Source: Thermoplasmataceae archaeon
GTDB taxonomy: Archaea > Thermoplasmatota > Thermoplasmata > Thermoplasmatales > Thermoplasmataceae
Direction: 5' to 3'
Assembly: GCA_031961165.1 (NCBI GenBank)
Contig: JAVRLU010000001.1
Coordinates: 10,636-74,635, forward strand
DNA length: 64,000 nucleotides
Made by a program: the position numbers and the translations under genes. Below are positions 51,077 to 61,433 of this stretch, one piece after another; the stretch's first letter is position 1; each line of letters opens with the position of its first letter. The notes under the pieces were generated by a model. It was not told where the DNA came from. It made no database searches and saw only the letters and a list, made by a program, of their open reading frames with translations.

Positions 51077-51847
51077 ATGGCCTGCATAGATGAAATCCTG
51101 AATGACAGCACATCTGGTTCCACGGAACTTGCAATAAAGATATTCCATTTCTTCATGGAGAACGGGCTTACAATAGGCGAATTGCGGGAAGCATCGGAGA
51201 GAATCAATTCAAAATTCACAGGGATGGCGCTGATCAGGAACGTTACATCACTTTCACTGAAGATGGCAGAAGATCACAGCTTTTATGATATCCCGGCGAT
51301 CATCGAAAGGCAGAATGAAGAAGTTGCCCGCATTGCCGCTGATCATATAAAGGAAAGGAAAATTGTCACAATAAGCAACAGCTCAATGGTTTACGATACC
51401 CTTGCCGCTATGCGGGACCTGGAGGAGGTCACGGTTCTCGAAAGCCGGCCAAGGAACGAGGGAGCCATAATGGCATACAAGCTCAGGGACAGGGGAATTC
51501 GTGCCAGGATAACCACTGATTCCTCAATGTGCATAGCGGTTAGAAGCTGCGGGGCTGTTATCATAGGATCAGATTCTATTCTTTCCGATGGAACCGTGAT
51601 AAACAAGACCGGATCCATGCCACTTGCCCTCTGTTCGTCATACTTCGGGAAGAAATTTATAGTGCTGTCGACAGAAATGAAAATAGAAAAAAATTACAGC
51701 CCGGACAATTATCCGGAGTTTGCCAGTCATGATCCCGGGGAAATATCCCCTGATCTCGATGCCATCAATTACTATTTTGAGATGGTACCTCCAGGACTTG
51801 TATCGGAATACATACTGAATTCCGGAATAAAAAAGGGATGGAAATGA
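51077..51847 (+). CDS. Short eIF-2B alpha/beta/delta-family protein (sugar-phosphate isomerase-like)
   Basis: VLESRPRNEG...LRDRGI....TDS......V..VIIGSDSILSDGTVINKTGS is the IF-2B family core. The ATG immediately follows the upstream TGA. Confidence 0.7.
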   Translation: MACIDEILNDSTSGSTELAIKIFHFFMENGLTIGELREASERINSKFTGMALIRNVTSLSLKMAEDHSFYDIPAIIERQNEEVARIAADHIKERKIVTISNSSMVYDTLAAMRDLEEVTVLESRPRNEGAIMAYKLRDRGIRARITTDSSMCIAVRSCGAVIIGSDSILSDGTVINKTGSMPLALCSSYFGKKFIVLSTEMKIEKNYSPDNYPEFASHDPGEISPDLDAINYYFEMVPPGLVSEYILNSGIKKGWK

Positions 51848-51981
51848 TGCAATACGTTCTAGAACTTTTTCTCGTGACGATAAGTATCAATCAATAAAAT
51901 GCCTTATTTTTAACATGATATGAGACACGAAATTTCAATTCATGCGAAAGAATTTTAATACGTATATGTACATAGCAATGT

Positions 51982-52452
51982 ATGATGATAACTAAAAGAG
52001 AAGATAAAGCAGTATCGCCTATCATAGCAACAATACTCCTGATAGCCATAACAATTGTCCTTGCTGCTACTCTTTATTCACTTCTCGGAGGATATGTATC
52101 TATCATAAGCTCTCCTACGCCGATTGCATCAATGACGGTCAGCAACAGTTCGTCCCCTGCCGGTGATCTGGCTTCATACTCAATATACATATCCGGGATC
52201 AATGGCAACATATCGCTAAATAAGGTTGACCTGGAGATAGAAAATTCTTCGGGCGATGTTGCCATAGTTCCCCTGGCAACCGGTACATTTAACGTCCAGG
52301 ACTGGACAATTGTTGTGAACGGGCCCCCGTATCTGAGCAGCCTTACTATTATCAGTATAAAGGCAACAGCTTCAAACTATATAAAATATGTAAAGCTGAT
52401 CGATATAGTAACTGGAGGGACAATAGCAAGCCAGAGCATATCGTCTATATAG
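51982..52452 (+). CDS. Archaeal type IV pilin-like protein (class III signal peptide, DUF1628-like N-terminus)
   Basis: KREDKAVSPIIATILLIAITIVLAATLY is the canonical prepilin-peptidase-type signal plus hydrophobic helix. Confidence 0.8.
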   Translation: MMITKREDKAVSPIIATILLIAITIVLAATLYSLLGGYVSIISSPTPIASMTVSNSSSPAGDLASYSIYISGINGNISLNKVDLEIENSSGDVAIVPLATGTFNVQDWTIVVNGPPYLSSLTIISIKATASNYIKYVKLIDIVTGGTIASQSISSI

Positions 52453-52702
52453 GGCCGCTTATTCTGATCGATTCAGGATTCATGACTATGATAACTTCCC
52501 TTACGGCCGATATGTTAGCGATCGGTATTATGTATTTTCCATCTGAATCTTTGGGTATTCGGAACTGGGATTTCGGAGATGGTTTCACGATCATGGAGAG
52601 AACATTCCATTTGCTGTCTATGATAAAATTCTCAACGCTTCCTATAACGTCACCGGTTGAGGATACCACGGATCTGTTTATCAGTCTCGTAAGAAAATCC
52701 AT
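52445..52702 (-). CDS. PRC-barrel domain protein
   Basis: The 85-aa product has NRSVVSSTGDVIGSVENFIID....V.SMIV, a PRC-barrel pattern. Confidence 0.6.
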   Translation of the reverse strand: MDFLTRLINRSVVSSTGDVIGSVENFIIDSKWNVLSMIVKPSPKSQFRIPKDSDGKYIIPIANISAVREVIIVMNPESIRISGPI

Positions 52703-52853
52703 TGTATAGATAACGGAATCTTCTATATATTTTTATTTTCATGATATCCAGGTTCCTATTGTAAAATCGGTCTATTTATTGATCGATACAGTTATTTCAA
52801 AGGAAAAAAATGCCAGTCCAGATCGGAAGACCATTTAAAAAATTCAGGAGGGA

Positions 52854-55091
52854 TCAGAGGTACAGGCCCTGATCCTGGAGCTCCTTTCTCCTTTCCGATA
52901 CGCTCTTGCTCATATTTTCTCCAAGCTGCTGGTAAAATTTCAGGACATTATCATCAACGGACGGCCTGATAACTTTCATTGCATCAAGGAAGTTCTTCTG
53001 CGTAACTTCTGTTGCATCGGGGTTTTCCCTGTATGCATTCATTCCTGCCTCCCTGCAAAGGTTCTCAAGATCCGCGCCCACATACCCGTCGGTTTTTGAT
53101 GCAAGGCCCTCCAGATCAACATCCTTGGCCAGCGGCATATTCTTTGTGTGCACTTTCAGTATGCTCAGCCTGGCATCCCTGTCAGGTGGCGGTATATAGA
53201 TCAGCTTGTCAAACCTTCCGGCCCTGAGAAGTGCTGTGTCCATTATATCCGGGCGGTTTGTTGCACCAATTACGACCACTCCATTCAGCACCTCAATTCC
53301 ATCAAGCGAGGTCAGAAGCTGGTTAACTATCCTTTCGGTAACACCGGAATCGCTTGATGTACCCCTCCTTGGAGCGATAGAATCAATTTCGTCAAGGAAC
53401 ACTATGGTAGGTGCCACCTGTTTTGCCTTCTTGAATATCTCCCTTATGGCCTTCTCGCTCTCGCCAACCCACTTGCTGAGAACCTCCGGTCCCTTTATGG
53501 ATATGAAGTTGGCATTGCTCTCGGTTGCTACGGCCTTTGCCAGCAGCGTTTTTCCTACACCAGGCGGCCCGTAAAGCAGGAATCCTTTTGATGGCCTTAT
53601 GCCAAGCCTCTTGAAAACATCCGGCTTGAGAAGCGGAAGTTCAACGGTTTCTTTGACCTCCCTCTTGACATCCTCAAGCCCGCCGATATCCTCCCATCTG
53701 ACATTCGGAACCTCTATCATCACTTCCCTGAGGCTGCTGGGCTCTATGGCTTTCAGTGCCTCCTTGAAGTCATCTTCTGTAACAGTCATTTTTTCAAGTA
53801 TCTCGGTCGGGATTGGCTTATCCAGGTCTATTTCAGGGAGATACCTGCGAAGTGCATTCATGGCGCTTTCCCTGACGAGTGCCGCAAGATCTGCGCCGAC
53901 AAACCCGTAGGTGTATCCTGCAAGGTCATCAAGGAATTTGCTCTTCTCCTCCTCACTCATTCCGAATGGCATATTCCTGGTGTGTATGGCGAGTATCTCC
54001 TTCCTGCCGTTCTTGTCAGGTACACCTATTTCTATTTCCCTGTCAAAACGGCCCGGTCTCCTGAGGGCGGGATCCACCGCGTCTATCCTGTTTGTGGCTC
54101 CTATGACTATAACGTGCCCTCTTTCCTTCATCCCATCCATGAGGGTGAGAAGCTGTGCTACAACCCTCCTTTCAACTTCACCCTGCACCTCTTCCCTCTT
54201 CGGGGCTATTGAATCTATCTCATCGATGAAAATTATCGACGGGGCAGTTTCCTCTGCCTTGGTGAAGATTTCACGGAGTTTCTGTTCGCTCTGCCCGTAA
54301 TATTTGCTCATGATCTCCGGCCCGTTTATTGAATGGAAATTAGCGCCTGATTCATTTGCGACTGCCCTTGCAATAAGCGTTTTTCCTGTTCCTGGCGGCC
54401 CGAAAAGTATAACGCCCTTCGGAGGTGTTATGCCAAGCCTTTCAAAAAGCTCTGGATGTTTCAGCGGAAGCTCTATCATCTCCCTGATCTTCCCGAGCTG
54501 TTCAGAAAGTCCTCCAATATCCTCATAACTTATACGGGAAACCTCCTCAAGAATCTCCGAGGCAGGTTCCTCCCTGATCTCTATCTTTGTTTCATCCGCT
54601 ATCTCCACGGGCACATGGCTGGGCACTGTTTTGACGACCTTGAAAAGCAGCCCGGTCTGGCCTGCCAGTGTAAGCCCGGGAACACTTATATTGTCCTGCT
54701 CGATCATCGGCCGGCGTATAAGCGCCCTCTGGACGTATTCCTCAATTCCCTCGCCAAATTTAAGCCTCTGATCCTTTCTTATTATTGGCGCCAGCGTTAC
54801 TTTTTTTGCAATCTCTGTATGAACTTTTCTTACTTTTACCTTGTCTCCTATTGAAGCACCGCAGTTATTCCTCATAACGCTGTCTATCCTGACTATTCCC
54901 TTATTTTCATCTTCAGGCCTGGCCCTGTAGACCCTCCCGACTGTTTTCCTGACCTTTTCGATCTCAATTACATCCCCGATCTCTGCTTCAAGTAATCGCC
55001 TGGAGCTTTCATCCAGCCTTACTCTTGACATCCCGGGGTCAGTTTGATTTGCTTCAGCAACTCTGAGAATTATGCCGCCATTATTATCCAT
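52854..55091 (-). CDS. vat: VAT / CDC48 (VCP-like) double-ring AAA+ ATPase
   Basis: Has two Walker A motifs ([16 protein letters not shown]) and an N-terminal double-psi barrel region. The C-terminus is GLYL, a HbYX-type proteasome-docking motif. At 745 aa it is very close to my memory of Thermoplasma VAT. Confidence 0.97.
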   Translation of the reverse strand: MDNNGGIILRVAEANQTDPGMSRVRLDESSRRLLEAEIGDVIEIEKVRKTVGRVYRARPEDENKGIVRIDSVMRNNCGASIGDKVKVRKVHTEIAKKVTLAPIIRKDQRLKFGEGIEEYVQRALIRRPMIEQDNISVPGLTLAGQTGLLFKVVKTVPSHVPVEIADETKIEIREEPASEILEEVSRISYEDIGGLSEQLGKIREMIELPLKHPELFERLGITPPKGVILFGPPGTGKTLIARAVANESGANFHSINGPEIMSKYYGQSEQKLREIFTKAEETAPSIIFIDEIDSIAPKREEVQGEVERRVVAQLLTLMDGMKERGHVIVIGATNRIDAVDPALRRPGRFDREIEIGVPDKNGRKEILAIHTRNMPFGMSEEEKSKFLDDLAGYTYGFVGADLAALVRESAMNALRRYLPEIDLDKPIPTEILEKMTVTEDDFKEALKAIEPSSLREVMIEVPNVRWEDIGGLEDVKREVKETVELPLLKPDVFKRLGIRPSKGFLLYGPPGVGKTLLAKAVATESNANFISIKGPEVLSKWVGESEKAIREIFKKAKQVAPTIVFLDEIDSIAPRRGTSSDSGVTERIVNQLLTSLDGIEVLNGVVVIGATNRPDIMDTALLRAGRFDKLIYIPPPDRDARLSILKVHTKNMPLAKDVDLEGLASKTDGYVGADLENLCREAGMNAYRENPDATEVTQKNFLDAMKVIRPSVDDNVLKFYQQLGENMSKSVSERRKELQDQGLYL

Positions 55092-55268
55092 GATCCCTTA
55101 TTGCCAATATACTATTTTAAAATTTTTAAAACTGGCAGAATTAAAGCAAATAAGGCAGATTTAAATTGCATCGTTTCCGGACAGCAGACCTGAGACCTGC
55201 AGGGTAAAAGAGTAATAGATTGGAAAAGGATTGAATGAAATTAAGAATTTTATAACACTGCTGACGGT

Positions 55269-55430
55269 TCAGGAAAATTCTTCCTCAAGCTCCATCATTA
55301 CCTGATTGAGGACGTCTTCAAAGGTTCTGCCGTTATACTCCCTGAGCCCGCCCATCTCAGTCCTGAGCTTTGCTGTGAATTCGCCGTCGGATTCTTTAGA
55401 AAATTCAATATTGCATATGAGTTCTTCCAT
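55269..55430 (-). CDS. Small acidic protein (53 aa) with HicB/UPF0150-like pattern, below the ORF-track cutoff
   Basis: Hand translation gives MEELICNIEFSKESDGEFTAKLRTEMGGLREYNGRTFEDVLNQVMMELEEEFS. It fits the pattern i.f..e.dG.f.a.......G..G.T.eev......l. Confidence 0.4.
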   Translation of the reverse strand: MEELICNIEFSKESDGEFTAKLRTEMGGLREYNGRTFEDVLNQVMMELEEEFS

Positions 55431-55669
55431 TGTTATCACCGTAACGACAATTGAATCTTTATTTAAATATTTCTAACAGTTTTTTCCGCATTTATTCGGG
55501 ATATGTGATCACATGTCCATCCTCTAAAATTTTAATACCGGAAATGCAAAATACATGCATGGCGTTTTATTCCAGCGGTAAGTCATACGTAAGGAGGATA
55601 GGCAGATTTCTATTCGTGAATCTGCTATGCCTGAATTGTATTCCATTTCTCATATTTCATGGATTCGAT

Positions 55670-56305
55670 ATGCAGGTTGATATATCATTCTTCGATATCC
55701 CAAACGTGCGTTTCAATATAAAGGACAGGGAAATCCTTGTCAGGAAGGGGAGCAGGGAAGATGCCATTCCATATTACGCTTTGTTAAGAGATCTCAGGGA
55801 AGACCCGGATTCTTTCATACTCGTAAATTACAGCAGGGAAATGCCATCCCTTGAAGACATAAAGAAGAGATCTGAAGGGTGGAATGTATCCCCCAGGTAC
55901 ATGCACCTCGCCACAGTAGATAACGGCGATAATGAAATTGCCGGATTCGTAGGATCAGTGATCGGTCCGGAATACGGCCCCGAAATACAGCCGCACATTG
56001 CTGAGATATATTACGGTGTATCTCCCAAATACAGGCATACGGGAATGATTTATGCCATGATCTATGCATCAATGATTGATATAAATGTAAAATACTATAC
56101 TGCAACAGCCTATATCGAAAATAAAGCATCCATTCACGTGCTTGAAAGCATAGGGATCATGAGAATTGCGAAGCTGGTAGAGAATGATTTCTATTTCAGG
56201 AACAAAACATATCACGATGATTACCTGTTCAGGGGATTGAGGGAAACTGCCCTTGAAAAACTGCCGGGCAAACTTGCCGATCATCATATAAAAATAATAG
56301 ACTGA
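55670..56305 (+). CDS. GNAT-family N-acetyltransferase
   Basis: IAGFVGSVIG....AEIYYGVSPKYRHTGMIYAMI....A.IENKASIHVLESIGI fits GNAT motifs A and B. I prefer ATG at 55670 because the track's 73-codon N-terminal extension looks non-coding. Confidence 0.65.
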   Translation: MQVDISFFDIPNVRFNIKDREILVRKGSREDAIPYYALLRDLREDPDSFILVNYSREMPSLEDIKKRSEGWNVSPRYMHLATVDNGDNEIAGFVGSVIGPEYGPEIQPHIAEIYYGVSPKYRHTGMIYAMIYASMIDINVKYYTATAYIENKASIHVLESIGIMRIAKLVENDFYFRNKTYHDDYLFRGLRETALEKLPGKLADHHIKIID

Positions 56306-56704
56306 ATTTCCAGGCAAATGTTCATCGAAGATGCATATAAACGGCATCTGCATTTGACTGCATTTACAGGTATATATTTTTTCAGGATCTTATTATCACA
56401 GGAAAATGATGAAATAAAGTGAACGTACTTTAAGGCGAATATGAAAATCGCTATATATCCGCCTAAAAGGCATAAAATCCAGGAACAGCGTAATGAAACA
56501 GCTCATGTTCATATGGAGAAGTCCAGGATCTTTCTGAAGGGCGATAATTTCGGGAGGCATATAATGGGATGGTTGATGTATGCCACGATAATTGAAAGCA
56601 ATGATAAATTTAAGAAACAAAAGAAACAGGATCAATCGCCTGCATCTGAATAATCCCGTATAAAATTACGTCTGGAAGGAAAGATTCTTAATTCCGGTAG
56701 CGAT

Positions 56705-57112
56705 CTATTCAGTGTTAATGGGTTTCCCGTGAGGGCATTTTTTTGGATTGCCAATAAGCATGGCTATTTTTTCAGCATCATCTGGCTTTATAAGATAATC
56801 AAATGAGCTGACTTTTCTGCATGCATCGTCAGCGTTCATGCCGCATTTTGAATAGAGCGCCTCTATGGTTCTGTGTACTTTTATGAGCTTTCTGTACTCT
56901 TCTTTTCCGCTCTCAGTCAGGACTATCATTCCCCTGCTTTTAGATATGAGCCCCTTGTTTTCAAGCCTGTCAAGTATCTCCAGCACTGAAGGGGGTTTTA
57001 TCTTCATTCTGGCGGCCAGATCCTTAAGCCTGATTGGAAAATCCCCGTTCCTGTATTCCTCTATAAATATCAGGCAGTCCCTCTCTTTTTTGGTAACTTC
57101 GAGTTCCATCAT
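56705..57112 (-). CDS. DtxR/MntR-family metal-dependent transcriptional repressor
   Basis: The winged HTH is IRLKDLAARMKIKPPSVLEILDRLENKGLI, followed by a dimerisation-helix region. Length is 135 aa. Confidence 0.8.
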   Translation of the reverse strand: MMELEVTKKERDCLIFIEEYRNGDFPIRLKDLAARMKIKPPSVLEILDRLENKGLISKSRGMIVLTESGKEEYRKLIKVHRTIEALYSKCGMNADDACRKVSSFDYLIKPDDAEKIAMLIGNPKKCPHGKPINTE

Positions 57113-57191
57113 AATTAGTATATTACTATTTTACTTAAATCTTTCTAAAATTATTTGTATTTTTTAGTAAATATGAAAAATTCCGCGCCCA

Positions 57192-58199
57192 TCAGAACTT
57201 TATCATTGTTCTTCCCAGTGTCTGCCCATTTTTCAGATACTCAAGCGCATCGTTTGCATCGTCTATCGGAACTTTCTTGTATATAATAGGTTTGATCTTT
57301 CCCTTCGAAACCATATCAAGGGCGGATTTCACATCTTCCTTCGTGGAACTTATGCTTCCCCTGATGGTGTTTCCCTTAAGTATTATAAGCCCGAGGGGGA
57401 GGTTTACAGGTTCCGGTGTAACATTTCCGATAACAATCATCTTCCCGCCGATTTTAAGGCTTCTCAATGATCTCTCGAATGTATGTATTCCAACGGCTTC
57501 CAGAACAATATCCGATCCCCCTTCTGATTTTACCTTTTCATTGAAGTTCGTGTTTCCGTCCACCACAACATCAGCGCCTATCCTGTAAAGCATTTCCTTT
57601 TTTGATTCGCTTGTCGTTTCTGCTATCACCTTTGATCCAAAAGCTTTTGCCATCTGGACTGCATGGGATCCCACACCTCCGCCGGCGCCGGTCACGAGGA
57701 CGGTTGATTTTTCATTTATTTTTCCGAGTTTAACCATGGCGTGGTAAAGCATTCCGGTTACGCATGCGGCCAGTGCAAGGGAAGAATCATCAACATTCCC
57801 GGGGGCCCTGACCAAGCTTATTTCCGGCACCGTTACATATTCCCTGTAAGCCCCCATCCTGGTTTCCCCAAACGATTCCTTGTAGGGGCAGAGATTCTCG
57901 TTTCCAGACAGGCAGTATTCGCATTTCCCGCATGGAACGTAAATAAGGCTTGACACCCTGTCCCCAACCTTGAAATTTTTAACATCCTTTCCGGCCTTAA
58001 CCACAGTTCCGCCAATCTCATGGCCGGGTATGATCGGAAGCTTCACCCGTGGGAAAAACCCGGTTGCTGTCAGAAGATCGCGATAACAGACTCCTGTTTC
58101 CCCCTGTTTAACAAGAACTTCATTATCTCCGGGATCGGGTATATCAACGTCCATCACCTCGAGAGGCTCATTTATCTTCTTCAAGAATGCAGCTTTCAT
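57192..58199 (-). CDS. Zinc-dependent alcohol dehydrogenase (MDR family)
   Basis: Contains GVCYRDL, GHEIGG, the structural zinc site CGKCEYCLSGNENLC and GAGGGVG. Confidence 0.88.
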   Translation of the reverse strand: MKAAFLKKINEPLEVMDVDIPDPGDNEVLVKQGETGVCYRDLLTATGFFPRVKLPIIPGHEIGGTVVKAGKDVKNFKVGDRVSSLIYVPCGKCEYCLSGNENLCPYKESFGETRMGAYREYVTVPEISLVRAPGNVDDSSLALAACVTGMLYHAMVKLGKINEKSTVLVTGAGGGVGSHAVQMAKAFGSKVIAETTSESKKEMLYRIGADVVVDGNTNFNEKVKSEGGSDIVLEAVGIHTFERSLRSLKIGGKMIVIGNVTPEPVNLPLGLIILKGNTIRGSISSTKEDVKSALDMVSKGKIKPIIYKKVPIDDANDALEYLKNGQTLGRTMIKF

Positions 58200-58395
58200 A
58201 ATCCAGTATGATCATTGTTCAATATATAACCTTGGTAACGTTTTAATTATCATTCCCAGTCAGATGCGTGCCTGAAATGTCACAATTGGTTCTGAACGGT
58301 TTAGCATCAAATTTTTGATCCCAGTGAATATCCCCGGGCCATAAACGGAGGGAATGGACTATTAATAATTTATACGATGTCAATATACGTAGGAT

Positions 58396-59178
58396 ATGGA
58401 TGATGACTATAAGTATGCACGACAGATGGCGTTGCGTGTTTTCAGCCAGGATGATATCGGCAAGATCCGGAATTCAAGTGTCCTTGTAGTTGGAGTCGGT
58501 GGTGTTGGCTCGCTCATAGCCGATCTGTTTGTCAGGTCCGGGATTAAGAAGATCATAATAATTGACAGGGATTACGTAACCTCATCAAACCTTTACAGGC
58601 AGACACTGTACGGAGAAGATGATATAGGCGATTCAAAGGTTAACGCAGCTAAAAGGAGGCTCTCAAAGGTCAACAGCGATGTTGAAATAGAAGCCATAAA
58701 CGGGTCATTCGACGCATCAAACGCCTATGAACTGGTCTCATCTGTTGATCTGGTAATGGATGGTACGGATAACCTCACCAGCAGGCTCATAATTAATGAC
58801 GCATGCGTTAAAGCATCAAAGCCATGGGTTATGGCATCTGCCATAGAGACATACGGCCAGGTCAAGGCTATAATACCGGAAAAAACATCGTGCTTCAGGT
58901 GCTATTTCAGCGGTGAACCATTTGTACAGCCCACATGCGCAGAAGTCGGCGTACTCAGCTCGGAAGTAACATTTATTTCGTCCGAGGCATGGACCATTGG
59001 CATGAAGATACTGACCGGAAAGGATGTTAATGGCAATCTCTACAATATAGATGTTTGGGGGCCTGAAATTGATGAAATCAGGATAGACAGGAGACCTGAC
59101 TGTGAAAGCTGCGTTAAGCACAACTACGAATATCTAAGTGACAAGTACAGGAATATTGATCTGGAGTTTTTGCCATGA
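58396..59178 (+). CDS. ThiF/MoeB/UbaA-type E1-like adenylyltransferase
   Basis: Contains VLVVGVGGVGS, IIDRD.V..SNL.RQ and two CxxC pairs (CFRC, CESC). Confidence 0.85.
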   Translation: MDDDYKYARQMALRVFSQDDIGKIRNSSVLVVGVGGVGSLIADLFVRSGIKKIIIIDRDYVTSSNLYRQTLYGEDDIGDSKVNAAKRRLSKVNSDVEIEAINGSFDASNAYELVSSVDLVMDGTDNLTSRLIINDACVKASKPWVMASAIETYGQVKAIIPEKTSCFRCYFSGEPFVQPTCAEVGVLSSEVTFISSEAWTIGMKILTGKDVNGNLYNIDVWGPEIDEIRIDRRPDCESCVKHNYEYLSDKYRNIDLEFLP

Positions 59179-59783
59179 TTAAAGGGATAATATTTGATTT
59201 TGACGGAACGGTCCTTGATTCAGTTAATGCGAGGGTAAGGGCATGGAAACTGGCTTTAGAGGACTACGGGGCTAATGTTGATGAAGAAGCCATAAGGAGA
59301 GACATAGGAATTCCAGGATCGGCTCTTGCCGGGAAATACGTTAGCGATCCTTACGGAGCTGAAATGGCCCAGGAGAGATATTTCATAAAGGAAATTGACA
59401 GTGTGAAGCTGTTTCCAGACGTTCTTTCAACATTTGATATCTTGAGGAGGAACGGTATTAAAATAGCGATAGTTACATCTACAAGGAGAATTGTTATGAA
59501 CAGGTTCAATCTCAATGTCGACACTGTAATAACAATAGATGATGTTACACATGGAAAACCCTCCACGGAACCCTACGAAAAGGCCGTTATGAATATTGGA
59601 ACTGCTAACGGAAACACAATGGTAGTTGGAGATATAGAAAATGATCTTGTTCCAGCAAGAAAAATGGGATGTGTACCAGTGCTTGTCAGGCATGGAAGAA
59701 AAATTTCAACAGCGTTCGAAGATTACGAGGTTGAAGAGATAGGTGATATTCTTGCTTTACCCGTTATGTCATTAAAAGTTTGA
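59175..59783 (+). CDS. HAD-superfamily hydrolase (phosphatase)
   Basis: Has IIFDFDGTVLDS (motif I), VTS (motif II) and GDIENDL (motif IV). The start overlaps the E1-like stop (ATGA). Confidence 0.85.
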   Translation: MIKGIIFDFDGTVLDSVNARVRAWKLALEDYGANVDEEAIRRDIGIPGSALAGKYVSDPYGAEMAQERYFIKEIDSVKLFPDVLSTFDILRRNGIKIAIVTSTRRIVMNRFNLNVDTVITIDDVTHGKPSTEPYEKAVMNIGTANGNTMVVGDIENDLVPARKMGCVPVLVRHGRKISTAFEDYEVEEIGDILALPVMSLKV

Positions 59784-60060
59784 TATTACCAGTAGTGAAA
59801 CGCAGAAGTCCAGGCATCCTGTATGGAAAACCAAAGCGAGACTCCTTAAAATATATGATATTGTGGCTATTATTATGTTAAGAGACAGGCATAGCTGTTA
59901 ACGGCCAGTTTATTAATGCCAGTCCCTATTGGGATTCACCTCAGGAATAATTTCATAAAATAGTGATTCTATACTTTTAGCAATTTTCCTGGTCTCTAGA
60001 GTGATACTGAATAGTAATATCTGCATAAAATTATGAAGAGATTAAAATTTAAAGAATTTT

Positions 60061-60780
60061 TTACATATCAAGGTTCAGCGATAACCCGTAAACGTTCATT
60101 ACTACGGGCTCTACAGATGATGGATCCTGAAAGCTCAGTGTATAGGTGTTATTTCTCTCTATGTTTTCATCTTTTGTTATTCCGTTGTAATGGAAGCTTA
60201 CAACGCTGCCTATCAGGGATTCTGATGGAATAAACGTTATAATCAGGTCTGAATTTTTCTCAAACATGCCATACGAATCAAATATCCTTCCGACATTTAC
60301 CTTATAATTCTCCGCGAAATTATAGTAGAAAGCCCTTTCCAGAGCCGATACGTTCAGCGATACATTACCTGTCAGCCATCCATGTTTTACAAGTTCGGTG
60401 ACGTTCACCTTCACGTATACTTCAGTGCTCACGGATGAGAGCCCTGAAAGATATTCTGTTTTATTCCCGATTTTCAATGAGACAGGAATATATCCGTTGT
60501 TTATGAAATCGACAGGAAAGATCAAGTATTGCTGATTCCCCGATACAGTAATATTTTTTATGCTTAAATCCGGTTGATATGATGCCGTCGTAAGACCCTG
60601 TTCCTGGATTGATATTCCCGTTGACACTATGATTATTGAGAGAACAACGGAAAAAATCATCAGAATGAGAGAGGTTGTCTGACGCATCATGAACTTACCG
60701 CTTTTAACTATATAAATATTATCAGCATCAATACGATCAAATAAAAAGATCTGGAATTTTCCCTCCGGGATGTCAGACAT
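60061..60780 (-). CDS. Membrane-anchored extracytoplasmic protein, unknown function
   Basis: It has a single N-terminal TM helix (LILMIFSVVLSIIIVSTGI), then a beta-rich region with several N-x-S/T sequons. Confidence 0.55.
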   Translation of the reverse strand: MSDIPEGKFQIFLFDRIDADNIYIVKSGKFMMRQTTSLILMIFSVVLSIIIVSTGISIQEQGLTTASYQPDLSIKNITVSGNQQYLIFPVDFINNGYIPVSLKIGNKTEYLSGLSSVSTEVYVKVNVTELVKHGWLTGNVSLNVSALERAFYYNFAENYKVNVGRIFDSYGMFEKNSDLIITFIPSESLIGSVVSFHYNGITKDENIERNNTYTLSFQDPSSVEPVVMNVYGLSLNLDM

Positions 60781-61433
60781 TCGACAAACTTTCTTTTGTG
60801 CTTTATTAAAATATCCGCAGAACGTTTGTTATATAAACATAATGACGATTTTCGATCCAGCATTTGCTGTTTATTAATGTTCGCTATGCCAGTTTCATGG
60901 ATCCCAGAAGTACGAATGGATGATCGGCTATACTATTCATGCTGCTTTACAGTACTCTTTTATTTCTTTCAGTATTCCTGAGTTTTACCGATATATACGA
61001 TTTCTGGGGCACATTCACGGATCATATGCACTGTTTTTTGATTACAGCGTACCCGTGCTGGATTATACCCTTTAAAAGATATTGACTCTTTTAATTCTGA
61101 TCGGGTTCATCAGTAACTGCCAGGAGAATCGTTTCAGGCAATGCAAAAGAAACCTATCACCTCATCTCTCTCTTTCTAAACGCCAGAATATCATTTACGG
61201 GACCCGGTGCCATGAATGTCATGGATTTAAAGGCCATTTACAGAAGCAAGTGGAGAGAATGAAATTCCACCCGATCCGCCAACTGTGTCTTTAAAACAAC
61301 GCACGGAAAAGTATATACCGGGGCATATGCCATCTATAAACATGTAAATCTTATGAATAGGCAAATTATTTATCATAAATTGAATAAAATTATTGCAGGA
61401 TTCGCTTGAGGAAAATTCTTATACTAATTAGAT

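Noticed and set aside
56396-56653. Two mutually overlapping 70-79-aa ORFs on opposite strands between the GNAT and DtxR genes
   Set aside because: Neither has motifs. One is hydrophobic low-complexity and the other is Lys/Gln-rich. I cannot decide between them, so the region may be non-coding.
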